Shown here one piece after another: positions 31,781-41,803 of a stretch of 64,000 nucleotides of DNA. Each line of letters starts with the position of its first letter. Position 1 is the first letter of the stretch. The stretch is from Promethearchaeota archaeon (GTDB lineage Archaea > Asgardarchaeota > Lokiarchaeia > Sigyniarchaeales > SOKP01), in assembly GCA_016839555.1 (NCBI GenBank), contig JAEOUA010000002.1, positions 26,369 through 90,368 of the forward strand. The letters are read 5' to 3'. Under the pieces are notes generated by a model. That model searched no databases, had not been told where the DNA came from, and saw only the letters and a list, made by a program, of their open reading frames with translations. The position numbers were made by a program, and so were the translations under genes.

Positions 31781-33514
31781 ATGAATAAAAGAGAAGGAAA
31801 GAGAATCCTCAAGAATTTTAATCCCAAAATATTCAATGATGCAGTCATTTCATTGGGAACAGAAGATATACAAGTAGTGAATTTTGATATTACTCGAGCA
31901 ATCGCAAAAGTTATTAAATCAATGTTTGGTCCTAAGGGATTAAATAAGATGATCATTCCCGTGTCAAATGAGACTGTTTTTACCCAAAAGGGAGATAAAG
32001 TTGTAAAAAGTTTTAAAAGCAGGGTTCCCATAACTATGATGCTAATAGATTTAGTAAAAACACAACAGAAGAATTGTGGGGATGGAACAAAAACAGCGTT
32101 ATTACTTACGGCATTTCTACTAGAAAAAACTAGAGAAATGTTGGGACTTGGACTACATCCTCAGATAATTAATAAAGGTTTTTCGATTGCTATGAATAAA
32201 GCTCTTGAAATCTTAGAAGATAATGTTATTCAATTTGATTTCCATAATGAAAGACAATTAATTGATATAATGAAAAGCGTTATGAATCATAAATTTGTTT
32301 ATCAGAATAGAGATCAACATATAAAGTTAATTAAAGAAACACTTAAGAACAATTATGATCTTTTTTTTAAGTCTCAAGATTATGATCATTCTGATATTCT
32401 TTGTAGAAAAGTAAAAGGAAAATCTATTAATGATTCTGAAGTTATAAATGGGATTATAATATATAAAGATAAGGCAAATTCATATTTACCCGATAAAATT
32501 GAAGACGCGGGAATACTATTAATTCAAAAATCTATAGATTATTTTACTAAGGAAAATAAAGAAGCTATTTCAAAAGAAGTCAGGATTAAGAGTAGAGAGA
32601 AGCTACAAGAGTTTTCCCAATTTAGAAAGAATTTCTATAATAATTTAGTAAAAAAATTAAAACAAAAAGGGGTTAATGTTATCTTATGCCAGAAAAAAAT
32701 CAATCCTTATTTTGTGGATTATTGTGCTAGTAAAGGAATAGTTGCTTTAGAATTAGTGGGAAAGAAAAAATTAAATAAATTATGCAAATTATTGGATGTT
32801 AATCTCTACTCAAGTTTGAATGATTTATCTAATATAAAATTAGGTAAAGCTGATTCTGTCGAATTTAAAAAGATATCGGGAGATGAAATGTTTATTATAA
32901 ATGTTGAAGAGTCAAAAATTCTTACATTCTTAATAAGAGGTGGAAATCAACCCTTAATGGATGAATTAGAAGAGATATTATATGGTTCTTTAAGGGTTGC
33001 AATTCAAACAGTAAAAGATAAAAAAATATTGCCAGGAGGCGGAGCATTAGAATGCGAAATAGCGCAAAAACTTAAAAAATATGCTCAGAATTATTCTAAT
33101 AAATATCAAATAGTAATTAAAGAGTATGCCAAAGCTTTTGAAAGCCTTCCAGGTCATATAATTAAGAATTCTGCAGCTGAGCCTCTTGATTTAATACCTC
33201 GATTACGAGCAGAACACAATAAAGGTCAATGTTATATGGGATTTAATTCTTTGACCAATGAAATAGTAGATGTTGTAAGAGAGGGGATTTATGATGGATA
33301 CTATACAAAAAAACATATTATAAAAATAGCTAGTGAACTTGCGCGACAAATAGTACGTATTGATGGCTTAGTAATGGTATACGACCGAAAATTATATGAA
33401 CAAGTTAAAAAAGAAGGAAGAGAGATAAAAAGCCAAAAGCATCAAGAGAAAGTCAGAAAATATCTTAATAAAAAAGATCAGGACTTATTTTCTGAGATTT
33501 ATAATGCTAAATAA
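31781..33514 (+). CDS. Divergent group II chaperonin (thermosome) subunit
   Basis: FGPKGLNKM, GDGTKT, HPQII..G, LIRGG, PGGGALE, VRID. Confidence 0.88.
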   Translation: MNKREGKRILKNFNPKIFNDAVISLGTEDIQVVNFDITRAIAKVIKSMFGPKGLNKMIIPVSNETVFTQKGDKVVKSFKSRVPITMMLIDLVKTQQKNCGDGTKTALLLTAFLLEKTREMLGLGLHPQIINKGFSIAMNKALEILEDNVIQFDFHNERQLIDIMKSVMNHKFVYQNRDQHIKLIKETLKNNYDLFFKSQDYDHSDILCRKVKGKSINDSEVINGIIIYKDKANSYLPDKIEDAGILLIQKSIDYFTKENKEAISKEVRIKSREKLQEFSQFRKNFYNNLVKKLKQKGVNVILCQKKINPYFVDYCASKGIVALELVGKKKLNKLCKLLDVNLYSSLNDLSNIKLGKADSVEFKKISGDEMFIINVEESKILTFLIRGGNQPLMDELEEILYGSLRVAIQTVKDKKILPGGGALECEIAQKLKKYAQNYSNKYQIVIKEYAKAFESLPGHIIKNSAAEPLDLIPRLRAEHNKGQCYMGFNSLTNEIVDVVREGIYDGYYTKKHIIKIASELARQIVRIDGLVMVYDRKLYEQVKKEGREIKSQKHQEKVRKYLNKKDQDLFSEIYNAK

Positions 33515-33700
33515 TTCTTTGTTAATTTTCAGTTTTTAATCAAACACTAAGAAATTATTGAACAAAATTCTTCAAAAAATAATTTTTTCTCAATAGCTGC
33601 AGTTGGATTATTGCTTGAAATAGCAAGTAAAAAATATATATTCCAAAGATTTTTAATTCTACATAAATATTAACTAAAGCATAATAAATGGTGATAAAAT

Positions 33701-34120
33701 ATGAATGTAAGTCCAAATGAGAACTTAGAAGGATTTGCTGCTCTTATGCATAATCAATTCGTACGACCTCTTAAGGACAGTAAAAAATTCAAAGAAAAAT
33801 ACAAAAAAACCAATGTAAAATTATTTTTTAATATAATTGATGCTACTCACTCTGCAATATTAATCCTTGAAAATGGAACAATTAATATTAAAGGGATTCT
33901 TCGAGAAAATGAAGATGAAATTGAGAAAGCGAAAAAGGAATGTGATGCTAAAATCGAAACTGACATGAAAACTTTTATAAAAATAGATGATATGTCGACT
34001 CTTCGGACCCTTAAGAAGATTATATCAGGAAAATTGAAGATAAAGGGAGGAAAGCAATTAAAATTACTTCAAGAGTTACGTGTGCTTGCAGAAGAGGAAG
34101 ATGCTCAAGATTTTTTTTAA
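33701..34120 (+). CDS. SCP2-like (sterol carrier protein-2 fold) protein
   Basis: DAKIETD...F, IISGKLKIKG signature. Confidence 0.65.
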   Translation: MNVSPNENLEGFAALMHNQFVRPLKDSKKFKEKYKKTNVKLFFNIIDATHSAILILENGTINIKGILRENEDEIEKAKKECDAKIETDMKTFIKIDDMSTLRTLKKIISGKLKIKGGKQLKLLQELRVLAEEEDAQDFF

Positions 34121-34242
34121 TAGGAAATTTAAATAATTAAAAAAATCCTTTTTATTTTTACTAAAAGTTGAATGAGTTTTTATTACTAAAAATATAATTA
34201 AAATGTTATTATAAAATCAAGAAAGACTTTTCAAGCGGGAAA

Positions 34243-35472
34243 ATGAATAAACAACATAACATAGATGAGCTAATTTTAAAGATTGAATATGATCCTGATC
34301 AAAAATCCAGAATCAAGAGTTTACAAACACTTAAAGAATTAGAATTACTAACTTTTGCTCATATTAATTTTTTAGAGAATTTAGCAATTGGAGACACCAA
34401 CCTTAATATAAGGCAAATAGCTTTAAGCATTCTCATAAATAAATTCTATGAGAAAGTGAACTTATTAATCGAATGGATATTCCAATTTGAAAAAACACCA
34501 AGAATTGCGGCAACGGTTACGGGATTGTTATTTAAGAAAAAAAAAGAAGATTTAATGGAACATATAATTAGATTTTTAGATAATAATGTAAAAAACAATG
34601 GTAATTTAAGTCTTAAAATATATAACAAAGAATTATCGAAGTTGTTTAATAATAAATCTTTAAAGTCTTTTTCTAGTGAAGAGTTAATGAATATATATCT
34701 TAATTATATATTTATTTTAAATCTAGAAGAAAGGTTTAAATTCTCGGAAAACCTTAACACCAAGTCGCTAACATACATACTTAAGGAAGGCCTTATTGTC
34801 GAATTAAGAATATGGGGCCTTACTCTTAGGAAAGTGAGTGAAATTGATGGTATTGAATTATTGAAAATGTTAAGAGTATTAGATCTTTCAGGTAATAATT
34901 TTCAAGAAATTAACGGATTAGAATCTTTAAAATCATTAGAAATTCTTAAATTTGGTGATCTAAATTATGGTACTGGAAATCAAATTACCGAAATCAAAGG
35001 ATTATCCTCATTGAAAAATCTAAGGGTACTAAATCTCTCTAATAATTATATCAATGAAATCAAAGGACTTGAAAATTTGCTTGATCTTAAGAGACTATAT
35101 CTTGTCAATAATTCATTAAAAGAGATTAAAGAGCTAGATATGCTTCATAGCCTAGTTTATTTAAATCTTGAGAAAAATCATATTACCCAAATTCAGGGTA
35201 TTGATCAATTAATTTCATTAGAAGTTTTAGTTTTAGGAAAAAATTCAATCGTAAGATTAAATATACCAGACCTTCCGAATTTGAAAGAAATAAGAATTTA
35301 TGGTAATCCTCTTTCTGAAATTGGACCAACAAAATTAAAAAATGAAATTGAATTAAAATTATACTCCTCCGAAATTGAAAAAATGAAGTGGTTAAATTCT
35401 ATTACTGGAATTAAAATAAAGAGTGTTGAAACAGTAAAACCTACCGAATATGAATCTAGATATTTACAATAA
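34243..35472 (+). CDS. Leucine-rich repeat protein (SDS22-like) with N-terminal HEAT-like region
   Basis: Repeated LxxLxLxxNxIxEIxGL units. Confidence 0.88.
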   Translation: MNKQHNIDELILKIEYDPDQKSRIKSLQTLKELELLTFAHINFLENLAIGDTNLNIRQIALSILINKFYEKVNLLIEWIFQFEKTPRIAATVTGLLFKKKKEDLMEHIIRFLDNNVKNNGNLSLKIYNKELSKLFNNKSLKSFSSEELMNIYLNYIFILNLEERFKFSENLNTKSLTYILKEGLIVELRIWGLTLRKVSEIDGIELLKMLRVLDLSGNNFQEINGLESLKSLEILKFGDLNYGTGNQITEIKGLSSLKNLRVLNLSNNYINEIKGLENLLDLKRLYLVNNSLKEIKELDMLHSLVYLNLEKNHITQIQGIDQLISLEVLVLGKNSIVRLNIPDLPNLKEIRIYGNPLSEIGPTKLKNEIELKLYSSEIEKMKWLNSITGIKIKSVETVKPTEYESRYLQ

Positions 35473-35533
35473 CTTTTTTTAATAATGCTAAAAGTATATT
35501 GAATTTAAGCAAAGCAAGTTTTTGAGAATTATC

Positions 35534-36178
35534 TTAAAGAAATATTAGATTGAATAATGTTCTTTCAATTTTGCGAATATGCTCGTATATAGCACTTTGA
35601 GAAATTTTAAAATGTTCGGCTAAATCTGAGCCGTTAATTTTACGAGGAATTTCAAAATAACCATTTTTAACTGCATAATATGCAATTTCCTTTTGACGGT
35701 CAGTTATTAGAAAAAATAGATTATCAAGATTTGGATGTATATTTGTTATACTCAAAATTTTAAATCCTGAACCAAAAATTTTTTCATTTTTAGAGATGAT
35801 TTTGTCAAGATTTTCATTATCACAAATAAATGAGATAGTCATTGAATTATTTTCCATTATTATTGGAGGATCAATAATAAAATCAGGGGCATTTGTAATA
35901 TCTTTCATCTCATCCAGCCATTTAGAACCTGCAAAACAAACAAACTCATTCGTTTTTTTATCTTGTGTTAAAACTTCAATATATTCAATTCCATATTGCC
36001 CCTCAAACGCTTTTGGATTAATATTAGGATCTTTGAATTTAAATTTTTCAGTTGCATAAATGATCTCTTCATCTATACGGTATATTTGACTTATTTCAAA
36101 ATATTCAATCCTTTCAAAAAAATCTTGAAAGCTTGGATGAATAGGTGTTTTTAAAGTTAATCTTTTTTTCTTTTTCAT
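35534..36178 (-). CDS. HTH_10 (Bat-type) transcriptional regulator
   Basis: ITDRQKEI..YAVKNGYFEIPRKI...LAEHFKISQSAIYEHIRKIE. Confidence 0.88.
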   Translation of the reverse strand: MKKKKRLTLKTPIHPSFQDFFERIEYFEISQIYRIDEEIIYATEKFKFKDPNINPKAFEGQYGIEYIEVLTQDKKTNEFVCFAGSKWLDEMKDITNAPDFIIDPPIIMENNSMTISFICDNENLDKIISKNEKIFGSGFKILSITNIHPNLDNLFFLITDRQKEIAYYAVKNGYFEIPRKINGSDLAEHFKISQSAIYEHIRKIERTLFNLIFL

Positions 36179-36223
36179 TTAAATCGCTTCCAAATTTTAA
36201 TAATTAAAAATATAATTAGAGAC

Positions 36224-36241
36224 TGCTTTACTTCTCAAGCA
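36224..36241. promoter_or_regulatory. Inverted repeat TGCTT-N8-AAGCA, candidate operator in the divergent regulator/mttB promoter
   Basis: Perfect 5-bp arms in a 163-nt intergenic region between divergent genes. Confidence 0.35.
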
Positions 36242-36341
36242 TAATTTATTTTTATTTCCTATTATATTTAAATTATACTTAGAATTAGGTTTTTTAGCTA
36301 AAATTAAAAGAATTAAATAATCTTAAAAAAATAAGTGTGTA

Positions 36342-37862
36342 TTGAATATGAGAGAAGGTGAGAAAGTAAGATATCCAAAAATGAATAGAATGTGGCGTAT
36401 TGCCTCTAAAGAAGATTTAGAGAGAATTGACAATGCAGCATATCATATCTTGAGCGAAATTGGGGTTCATATCGATGATAAAGACTGTATAGAGTATTTA
36501 AAGGACGCCCCAGTAGAAATAGATGAAAAGGAACTTATTGTGAAGTTTCCAGAGTATTGGGTAAGAGAAATGATTGCAAAAGCTCCAAAATCTTATCTTT
36601 TAGCTGCAAGAGATCCTAATAATGATTTACTTGTGTCTAGTTACCATAATGATTTTTATAACCTTTTCACTAGTGGCTCGACAAAAATGTATATTTGGAA
36701 TGAACAAACAAGTCAATGGGATTCTAAAACTCCTGGTGAAGAAGATGTAATAAGAGGTTTTAGAATGATTGATGCAGTTGATGCATATGATGGATTTTTC
36801 GGAACTCCCGTTGAAGATGTGAAACGTAGTCATCAAGGACTTCCTGCGGAGTTACATACAACCTATAATAAGATGAAATTCTCCACTAAACATGGAGGAC
36901 CATGTGCAATAACAGAAGGAGGATTAAAGGAATGGGATTATGTAGGTAAATTGGCTGCCGAAGTGCAAGGAGGTTTTGATGAATTAAAAAAACGTCCTAT
37001 AATTGCAGGATTACCTACAACTATTGGACCTCTAACCTGTACGCGACAAAACTTTTGGGCAGCGGTCGGAAGTGCGAAATATCATTTACCAACATATCCA
37101 TATTGGGGTGGAACAGCACCTTTTACCGCACCAGCAACAGCTCCAGCACAAAATGCCTTAGCTGTGGCGTGTACTCATTTTTGTATTGCATTATCGCAAT
37201 ATTTAGATCCTGGAACGGCAGCTATTCCTTGGCCTCAACCTACATCTGTCGACCCTCAATCAGGACAATTAGCTGTGGGTCCTCTCCCTAGTATATTACT
37301 CGGAATGGGGGGTCAAGTTTATCAAGATTTATACGGTCTTCCTATTGGGGGATGTGCATATTGTTTGTCATCATCCTTAGATGAAGCGGGAGCTACATGG
37401 GCATTATCTTTATTAATGGAAGCATTATGGGGTGTTAACATACAACAAGTAGGTTCTACACCTGGAGCGTTTATGTGGGAGACTATTGTAATGGGTGAGA
37501 CTTTAGTTAATTACACGAAACAAGTACTCTATGAACTTACTGAAGATGTGCTTAATATAGATGAGGAACATTTAGCATTAGATGTCATAAAAGAAGTCGG
37601 GCCAAAAGGACAATTTACAACACATCCTCAAACGTTGAAATGGATCGATCCTAAGATGGGATTATTCTGGCATTCTAATGATTGGATCCATGAGCATTCC
37701 GATCAGTGGCTCCAGAAAGGAGCTAAAACGTGGGTTGAAATATGCCGAGAACGTTTGAAAGAATTGGATAAACATCAACCAGATCCAGAAATCGCAAAAG
37801 ATGTGGATGAGCGTTGTAATGCAATCTTAAAAGAAGCAGATGAGGAGCTCGCATTATTTTAA
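36342..37862 (+). CDS. MttB-superfamily corrinoid methyltransferase, non-pyrrolysine
   Basis: LERIDNAAYHILSEIGV, VKFP..V...IAKAP, ARDP, TAPAT, EEHLALDVIKEVGPKGQFTTHPQT; no in-frame TAG. Confidence 0.88.
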   Translation: MNMREGEKVRYPKMNRMWRIASKEDLERIDNAAYHILSEIGVHIDDKDCIEYLKDAPVEIDEKELIVKFPEYWVREMIAKAPKSYLLAARDPNNDLLVSSYHNDFYNLFTSGSTKMYIWNEQTSQWDSKTPGEEDVIRGFRMIDAVDAYDGFFGTPVEDVKRSHQGLPAELHTTYNKMKFSTKHGGPCAITEGGLKEWDYVGKLAAEVQGGFDELKKRPIIAGLPTTIGPLTCTRQNFWAAVGSAKYHLPTYPYWGGTAPFTAPATAPAQNALAVACTHFCIALSQYLDPGTAAIPWPQPTSVDPQSGQLAVGPLPSILLGMGGQVYQDLYGLPIGGCAYCLSSSLDEAGATWALSLLMEALWGVNIQQVGSTPGAFMWETIVMGETLVNYTKQVLYELTEDVLNIDEEHLALDVIKEVGPKGQFTTHPQTLKWIDPKMGLFWHSNDWIHEHSDQWLQKGAKTWVEICRERLKELDKHQPDPEIAKDVDERCNAILKEADEELALF

Positions 37863-37879
37863 AGAAAGGTGAAATAAAA

Positions 37880-38548
37880 ATGACAAGTAAAGAAGAGATA
37901 GTTAATGGAATGAAAGAAGCTATTCTTACTTATAAAAAGGAGGAATGCTTGGAACTCGCCAAGCAAGGACTTGCGGAGAAAATAAAACCCTTAGAATTAA
38001 TCCAAGAAGGACTTACAACAGGAATACAGGAACTTGGAGCAAGATTTGGAAGAGGTGAGGTCGCCCTTCCTTATTTAATGGTGGGAGCAGAGGTTATGCA
38101 GAAATCTTTAGAACATATTTTAGAGAATATCCCAAAAGGAGAATATAAACCTAAAGCAAAAATGGTTATTGGAACGGTAAAAGGAGACATTCACGATCTT
38201 GGCATAAGTATCGTGACAGCGGTATTTCAAGCCAATGGAATTCAAGTTTTCAATCTTGGAAGGGATGTTTTGAAAGAGAAATTTATTGAAAAAGCAGAAG
38301 AGGAAGAAGTTGATATAATTGGAACATCCGCCCTTCTTACCGGCACCATGTTTGAACAGAAAGTGGTAATCGAATATCTCAAAAAACAAGGTCTCCGTGA
38401 TAAATATATCTATTTAATTGGTGGGGGTGCGTGTCCCGGTCAAGATTGGTGTGATGAGATTGGAGCGGATGGATGGGCTACTGACGTGCTGCTTGGACTA
38501 GCTGCTACTAAGAAAGCATTGGCTGAAAAGAAAGGAATTGAACTCTAA
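37880..38548 (+). CDS. Methyltransferase cognate corrinoid protein (MttC/MtgC-like)
   Basis: Cap domain plus GTVKGDIHDLG (DxHxxG), LGRDV, SALLT, IGGG, IGADG. Confidence 0.93.
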   Translation: MTSKEEIVNGMKEAILTYKKEECLELAKQGLAEKIKPLELIQEGLTTGIQELGARFGRGEVALPYLMVGAEVMQKSLEHILENIPKGEYKPKAKMVIGTVKGDIHDLGISIVTAVFQANGIQVFNLGRDVLKEKFIEKAEEEEVDIIGTSALLTGTMFEQKVVIEYLKKQGLRDKYIYLIGGGACPGQDWCDEIGADGWATDVLLGLAATKKALAEKKGIEL

Positions 38549-38601
38549 TTCTATTTATATATTAAAATAGAATATTAAAAATAAATAAGAGATGAAAAAA
38601 T

Positions 38602-38934
38602 ATGGTTGACGTACAAGAGGGATTTGAATCGATGAAAAAAACCTTCAAACCGGAAGTTGCTAAAGAATTTAAGAAAAAAGTAGTCATCCAGTATAATATT
38701 GAAGGATCAGGAGGAGGAACATGGCAAGTAATCTTTGATAATGGTGAAATGGAAATTGTTGAAGGGGAAAAGGAAAAAGCAGTTATAAAATTTAATTATG
38801 ACTCTGTAGAGAGCTTTGTGGGGATTCAAAAAGGAGAAATTGACGGTATTCAAGCATATACTACAGCAAAGCTCCGTATTGAAGGACCCGTAGCTTTAGC
38901 GCAAAAAATTGGAGAAATTTTTGGAGCTGTTTAA
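38602..38934 (+). CDS. SCP2 sterol/lipid carrier domain protein
   Basis: IQYNIEGSGGGTW, GEIDGIQAYTTAKLRIEG. Confidence 0.85.
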   Translation: MVDVQEGFESMKKTFKPEVAKEFKKKVVIQYNIEGSGGGTWQVIFDNGEMEIVEGEKEKAVIKFNYDSVESFVGIQKGEIDGIQAYTTAKLRIEGPVALAQKIGEIFGAV

Positions 38935-39072
38935 AAAATAAATAATTTAATTTTTTTTTTATATATTAAAGAGATAAAGAATTAGTATTAAATGTAAATT
39001 TTATTAGTTAAAAGAGTAAATTTATTTCTGAAATAATCAAATAATTGGCTCTAAAAGTTGAAATAGGTTTTA

Positions 39073-39978
39073 TTAATTAATTTTAAATACAGGGTGATTT
39101 GGTGGTGGAATTTCTTTACCATCAAATAATAATTGGGAATGGGCGGCTTTAATAAAAGCAACATTAGGATATATTATATCTGCAAGTTGGATTGGACCAT
39201 AAAAAATAAAATCTGCTCCCGCTGATAAAGTTATGGTAGATGCTGCTATTTTTATGTATTTTTTTATGTTGCCGAATTTTGGAATGAGATTTATCCAAAC
39301 ATCAGCAAGATTTTGCCCAGCAGTTCCTGCAGGATAACCGTATTTATTTTTAATTTCTTCGATAGTGCTCATTGCAATTCCAAAAGAGGTATAATCGATT
39401 GTACATGTATCAATCATGAAGTTATAACCCTTCAAATCATATGATAAAGCCTTATTTATAAGATTATCAACTAAATTCATCCGAGCTTTCGTTGTCCAAT
39501 AATAAGTTTCAATAGGTAATAAAAAAAAATTTTCTATATCTGTATAGGTTAAAAATTCAAATTCTTCGTCAAATGACGAGGATGTAATAGTATTGTAAAC
39601 TACTTGTCGATCCAAACCAGTCTCAATAAGATATTCGATTAGTGGCTTCTTAATTTCCCAATAAGGAGCATCAACTAAAATAGGAGTATCGCTAACATCA
39701 AATACGAAATCTAAAATAGGTGTTATAGATTTCTCATAAGAAAGAATGACATCAAGTAAAGGAGTTAAGCCTGTTTTATCTGCCATTTCTTCTTGTTTTT
39801 TAATTAAAGATTCAGCGTAAATTGTATCAATTTTTCCTTGCCTTTCATCTTTAAAGATTTTATTTTGGTCTTTATAAAAAATAGTACCTGCTAATGCTGT
39901 TGGTACCTTTCTTGGATCCCCGCCTATACAATATTTTCCTATTTTATAAGACTTTTGTTCTGTATTATATTGAAACAT
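39073..39978 (-). CDS. MtrH/MtgA-like methylcorrinoid:pterin methyltransferase
   Basis: IGGDP...PTALAGTIFY, PILVD, VYNTI, MID, GYPAG, GADFIFYGPI. Confidence 0.85.
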   Translation of the reverse strand: MFQYNTEQKSYKIGKYCIGGDPRKVPTALAGTIFYKDQNKIFKDERQGKIDTIYAESLIKKQEEMADKTGLTPLLDVILSYEKSITPILDFVFDVSDTPILVDAPYWEIKKPLIEYLIETGLDRQVVYNTITSSSFDEEFEFLTYTDIENFFLLPIETYYWTTKARMNLVDNLINKALSYDLKGYNFMIDTCTIDYTSFGIAMSTIEEIKNKYGYPAGTAGQNLADVWINLIPKFGNIKKYIKIAASTITLSAGADFIFYGPIQLADIIYPNVAFIKAAHSQLLFDGKEIPPPNHPVFKIN

Positions 39979-40003
39979 TTACTTACCAGAATTAATTATT
40001 AAA

Positions 40004-40909
40004 TTATCCTATTTTAAACACAGGATGATTTGGAGGAGCCATTCTACCTTCATCGAACAATAATTGGGAATGGGCGGCTTTAATGAATGCTACATTAGGA
40101 TAAATGAGATTAGCATGTTGTATTGGACCATAAAGTATAAAATCAGCACCAGCTCCTAAGGTAATAGTTGATGCTACCACGGAAGCATACTTTTTGATAT
40201 TTCCAAACTTAGTTTTTAAATTACTCCAAGTATCTACAGCATTATGAGCTCCAGAGCCAACGGGAAATCCATATTTATTTTTAATTTCATACATAGCACT
40301 CATTGCTAATCCCAATGACGTCATATCTATAACGGCAGTATCGATAATAAAGTTATATTCTGCCAAATCAAAACTTTTTGCTTTCTCAATTAAATTATCA
40401 ATCACTTCGATTCGAGCTTGAATAGTCCATTTTTTTGATTCCATGCCCAGGAGTATAAAATTTTTGATTTTACTCTTAACGAGCAGTTCAAATTCATCAT
40501 TACCTGATTCAGGAGTTATCGAATTATAGATAATTCTTTCTTGAACTCCTGCTTCTTTAATATATTCTAAAGCATTCATCTTAACATCATCTGTTGGAGC
40601 ATCTAATAAAATTGGCATATCAGTTACATCAACAACAAAATCAAGTATCGATTTAACAGATGTTTCATATGATATAATGACATCCAACCCTGGAACTAAA
40701 CCAGTTTTATCAGCTAATTCTTCTTGATCTTTAATTAATGTTTCGGCAAAATCCTTGATTATTTCCCCTTTAGTTTCATCCTTAAAGATATTTTTTTGTT
40801 TTAAATAAAAAATCGTGCCAATAACTGCTGATGGAGCCTCTCTGGGATCTCCTCCAATACTATATTTTCCAACTTTATATGATTTTTGTTTTACATTAAA
40901 ATTGAACAT
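40004..40909 (-). CDS. MtrH/MtgA-like methylcorrinoid:pterin methyltransferase
   Basis: IGGDP...GTIFY, IYNSI, IDTAV, GFPVGSGAHNA, GADFILYGPI, HPV. Confidence 0.88.
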   Translation of the reverse strand: MFNFNVKQKSYKVGKYSIGGDPREAPSAVIGTIFYLKQKNIFKDETKGEIIKDFAETLIKDQEELADKTGLVPGLDVIISYETSVKSILDFVVDVTDMPILLDAPTDDVKMNALEYIKEAGVQERIIYNSITPESGNDEFELLVKSKIKNFILLGMESKKWTIQARIEVIDNLIEKAKSFDLAEYNFIIDTAVIDMTSLGLAMSAMYEIKNKYGFPVGSGAHNAVDTWSNLKTKFGNIKKYASVVASTITLGAGADFILYGPIQHANLIYPNVAFIKAAHSQLLFDEGRMAPPNHPVFKIG

Positions 40910-41279
40910 TATAAATCCTTATATATATTTAATTCAATATTATTGCTTTAAAAAAATGAATTACATTAATTATAAATTAAACTTGTTATTTCAAGTATCA
41001 ACAAAAAATCGAAGATTAAGATTTTCAAAAAACAATAGTATACTTCAATTTTTATTTATTACATTTTTTACTGTTAAATAATTAGAAATTTTCTATAATT
41101 TAAGATATATCCATTCCAAAAATACAACCATAGAAATTAAAGAGTTTTTAAAAAAAATATGTATATATATCTCTCTTTTTTTATGTTAAAAAGGTATTAA
41201 ATAAGAATAATTATATATATTTCATAGATATTTAAAGATTACAAACTTTATTTTGTAAAATCTACCGATTAAGATTTAT

Positions 41280-41486
41280 TTAAGAATCTATATCCACAAG
41301 TCTTTTCTTTATTAGTTCTTTTCTGGATTTTAAGTCATGTTTATTATATCTTTTTTTTAATAAATCTTTTCTAATATTTTGTACATACTCACTTTTCCTA
41401 ATACATTTTTTTATTTCCCCTTCACAATCATTCCAACAAAATTTATCATCACATTTGTACAATTTTCTTTTAGACATAATAACCAC
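41280..41486 (-). CDS. Small basic hypothetical protein (true start probably ATG of MSKRK)
   Basis: AGGTG SD-like motif before the ATG; similar to the neighbouring micro-ORF. Confidence 0.55.
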   Translation of the reverse strand: MVIMSKRKLYKCDDKFCWNDCEGEIKKCIRKSEYVQNIRKDLLKKRYNKHDLKSRKELIKKRLVDIDS

Positions 41487-41653
41487 CTATGTATTCCCTT
41501 ACCCATTATATAAATTACCATCAAATTATTAATAATTATTCATAATTTCTTAGAAGATTTTCGCAAAAAGAGATTATAACCTATAATAATTTATAGAATT
41601 TGATTTTCAAAATATAACCATGTAAATGATAAAGAAAAATAGAAAAAAAAAAA

Positions 41654-41803
41654 TTATTCGTTATTTTTGTTCTTAAATTTGTTTTCGATTAACTTATTCC
41701 GGATTTCTTGTAAATATTTGTTCTTTTTCAATAAATCATGAAAAGACATTGAAGAGGAGTCTATCCATGATGGATATTTTTTGTAGTTGTGGTACTCTCT
41801 CAT
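41654..41803 (-). CDS. 49-aa basic micro-protein, not in the ORF track
   Basis: MREYHNYKKYPSWIDSSSMSFHDLLKKNKYLQEIRNKLIENKFKNKNNE; U-tract follows the stop; resembles 41280-41486. Confidence 0.55.
   Translation of the reverse strand: MREYHNYKKYPSWIDSSSMSFHDLLKKNKYLQEIRNKLIENKFKNKNNE

Noticed and set aside
36342-37862. Pyrrolysine-containing trimethylamine methyltransferase
   Set aside because: The ORF is full length with no in-frame TAG
39073-40909. Evidence for methanogenesis or the Mtr complex
   Set aside because: No mtrA-G or mcr genes in the window; the context fits soluble MtgA/MtoA-type enzymes
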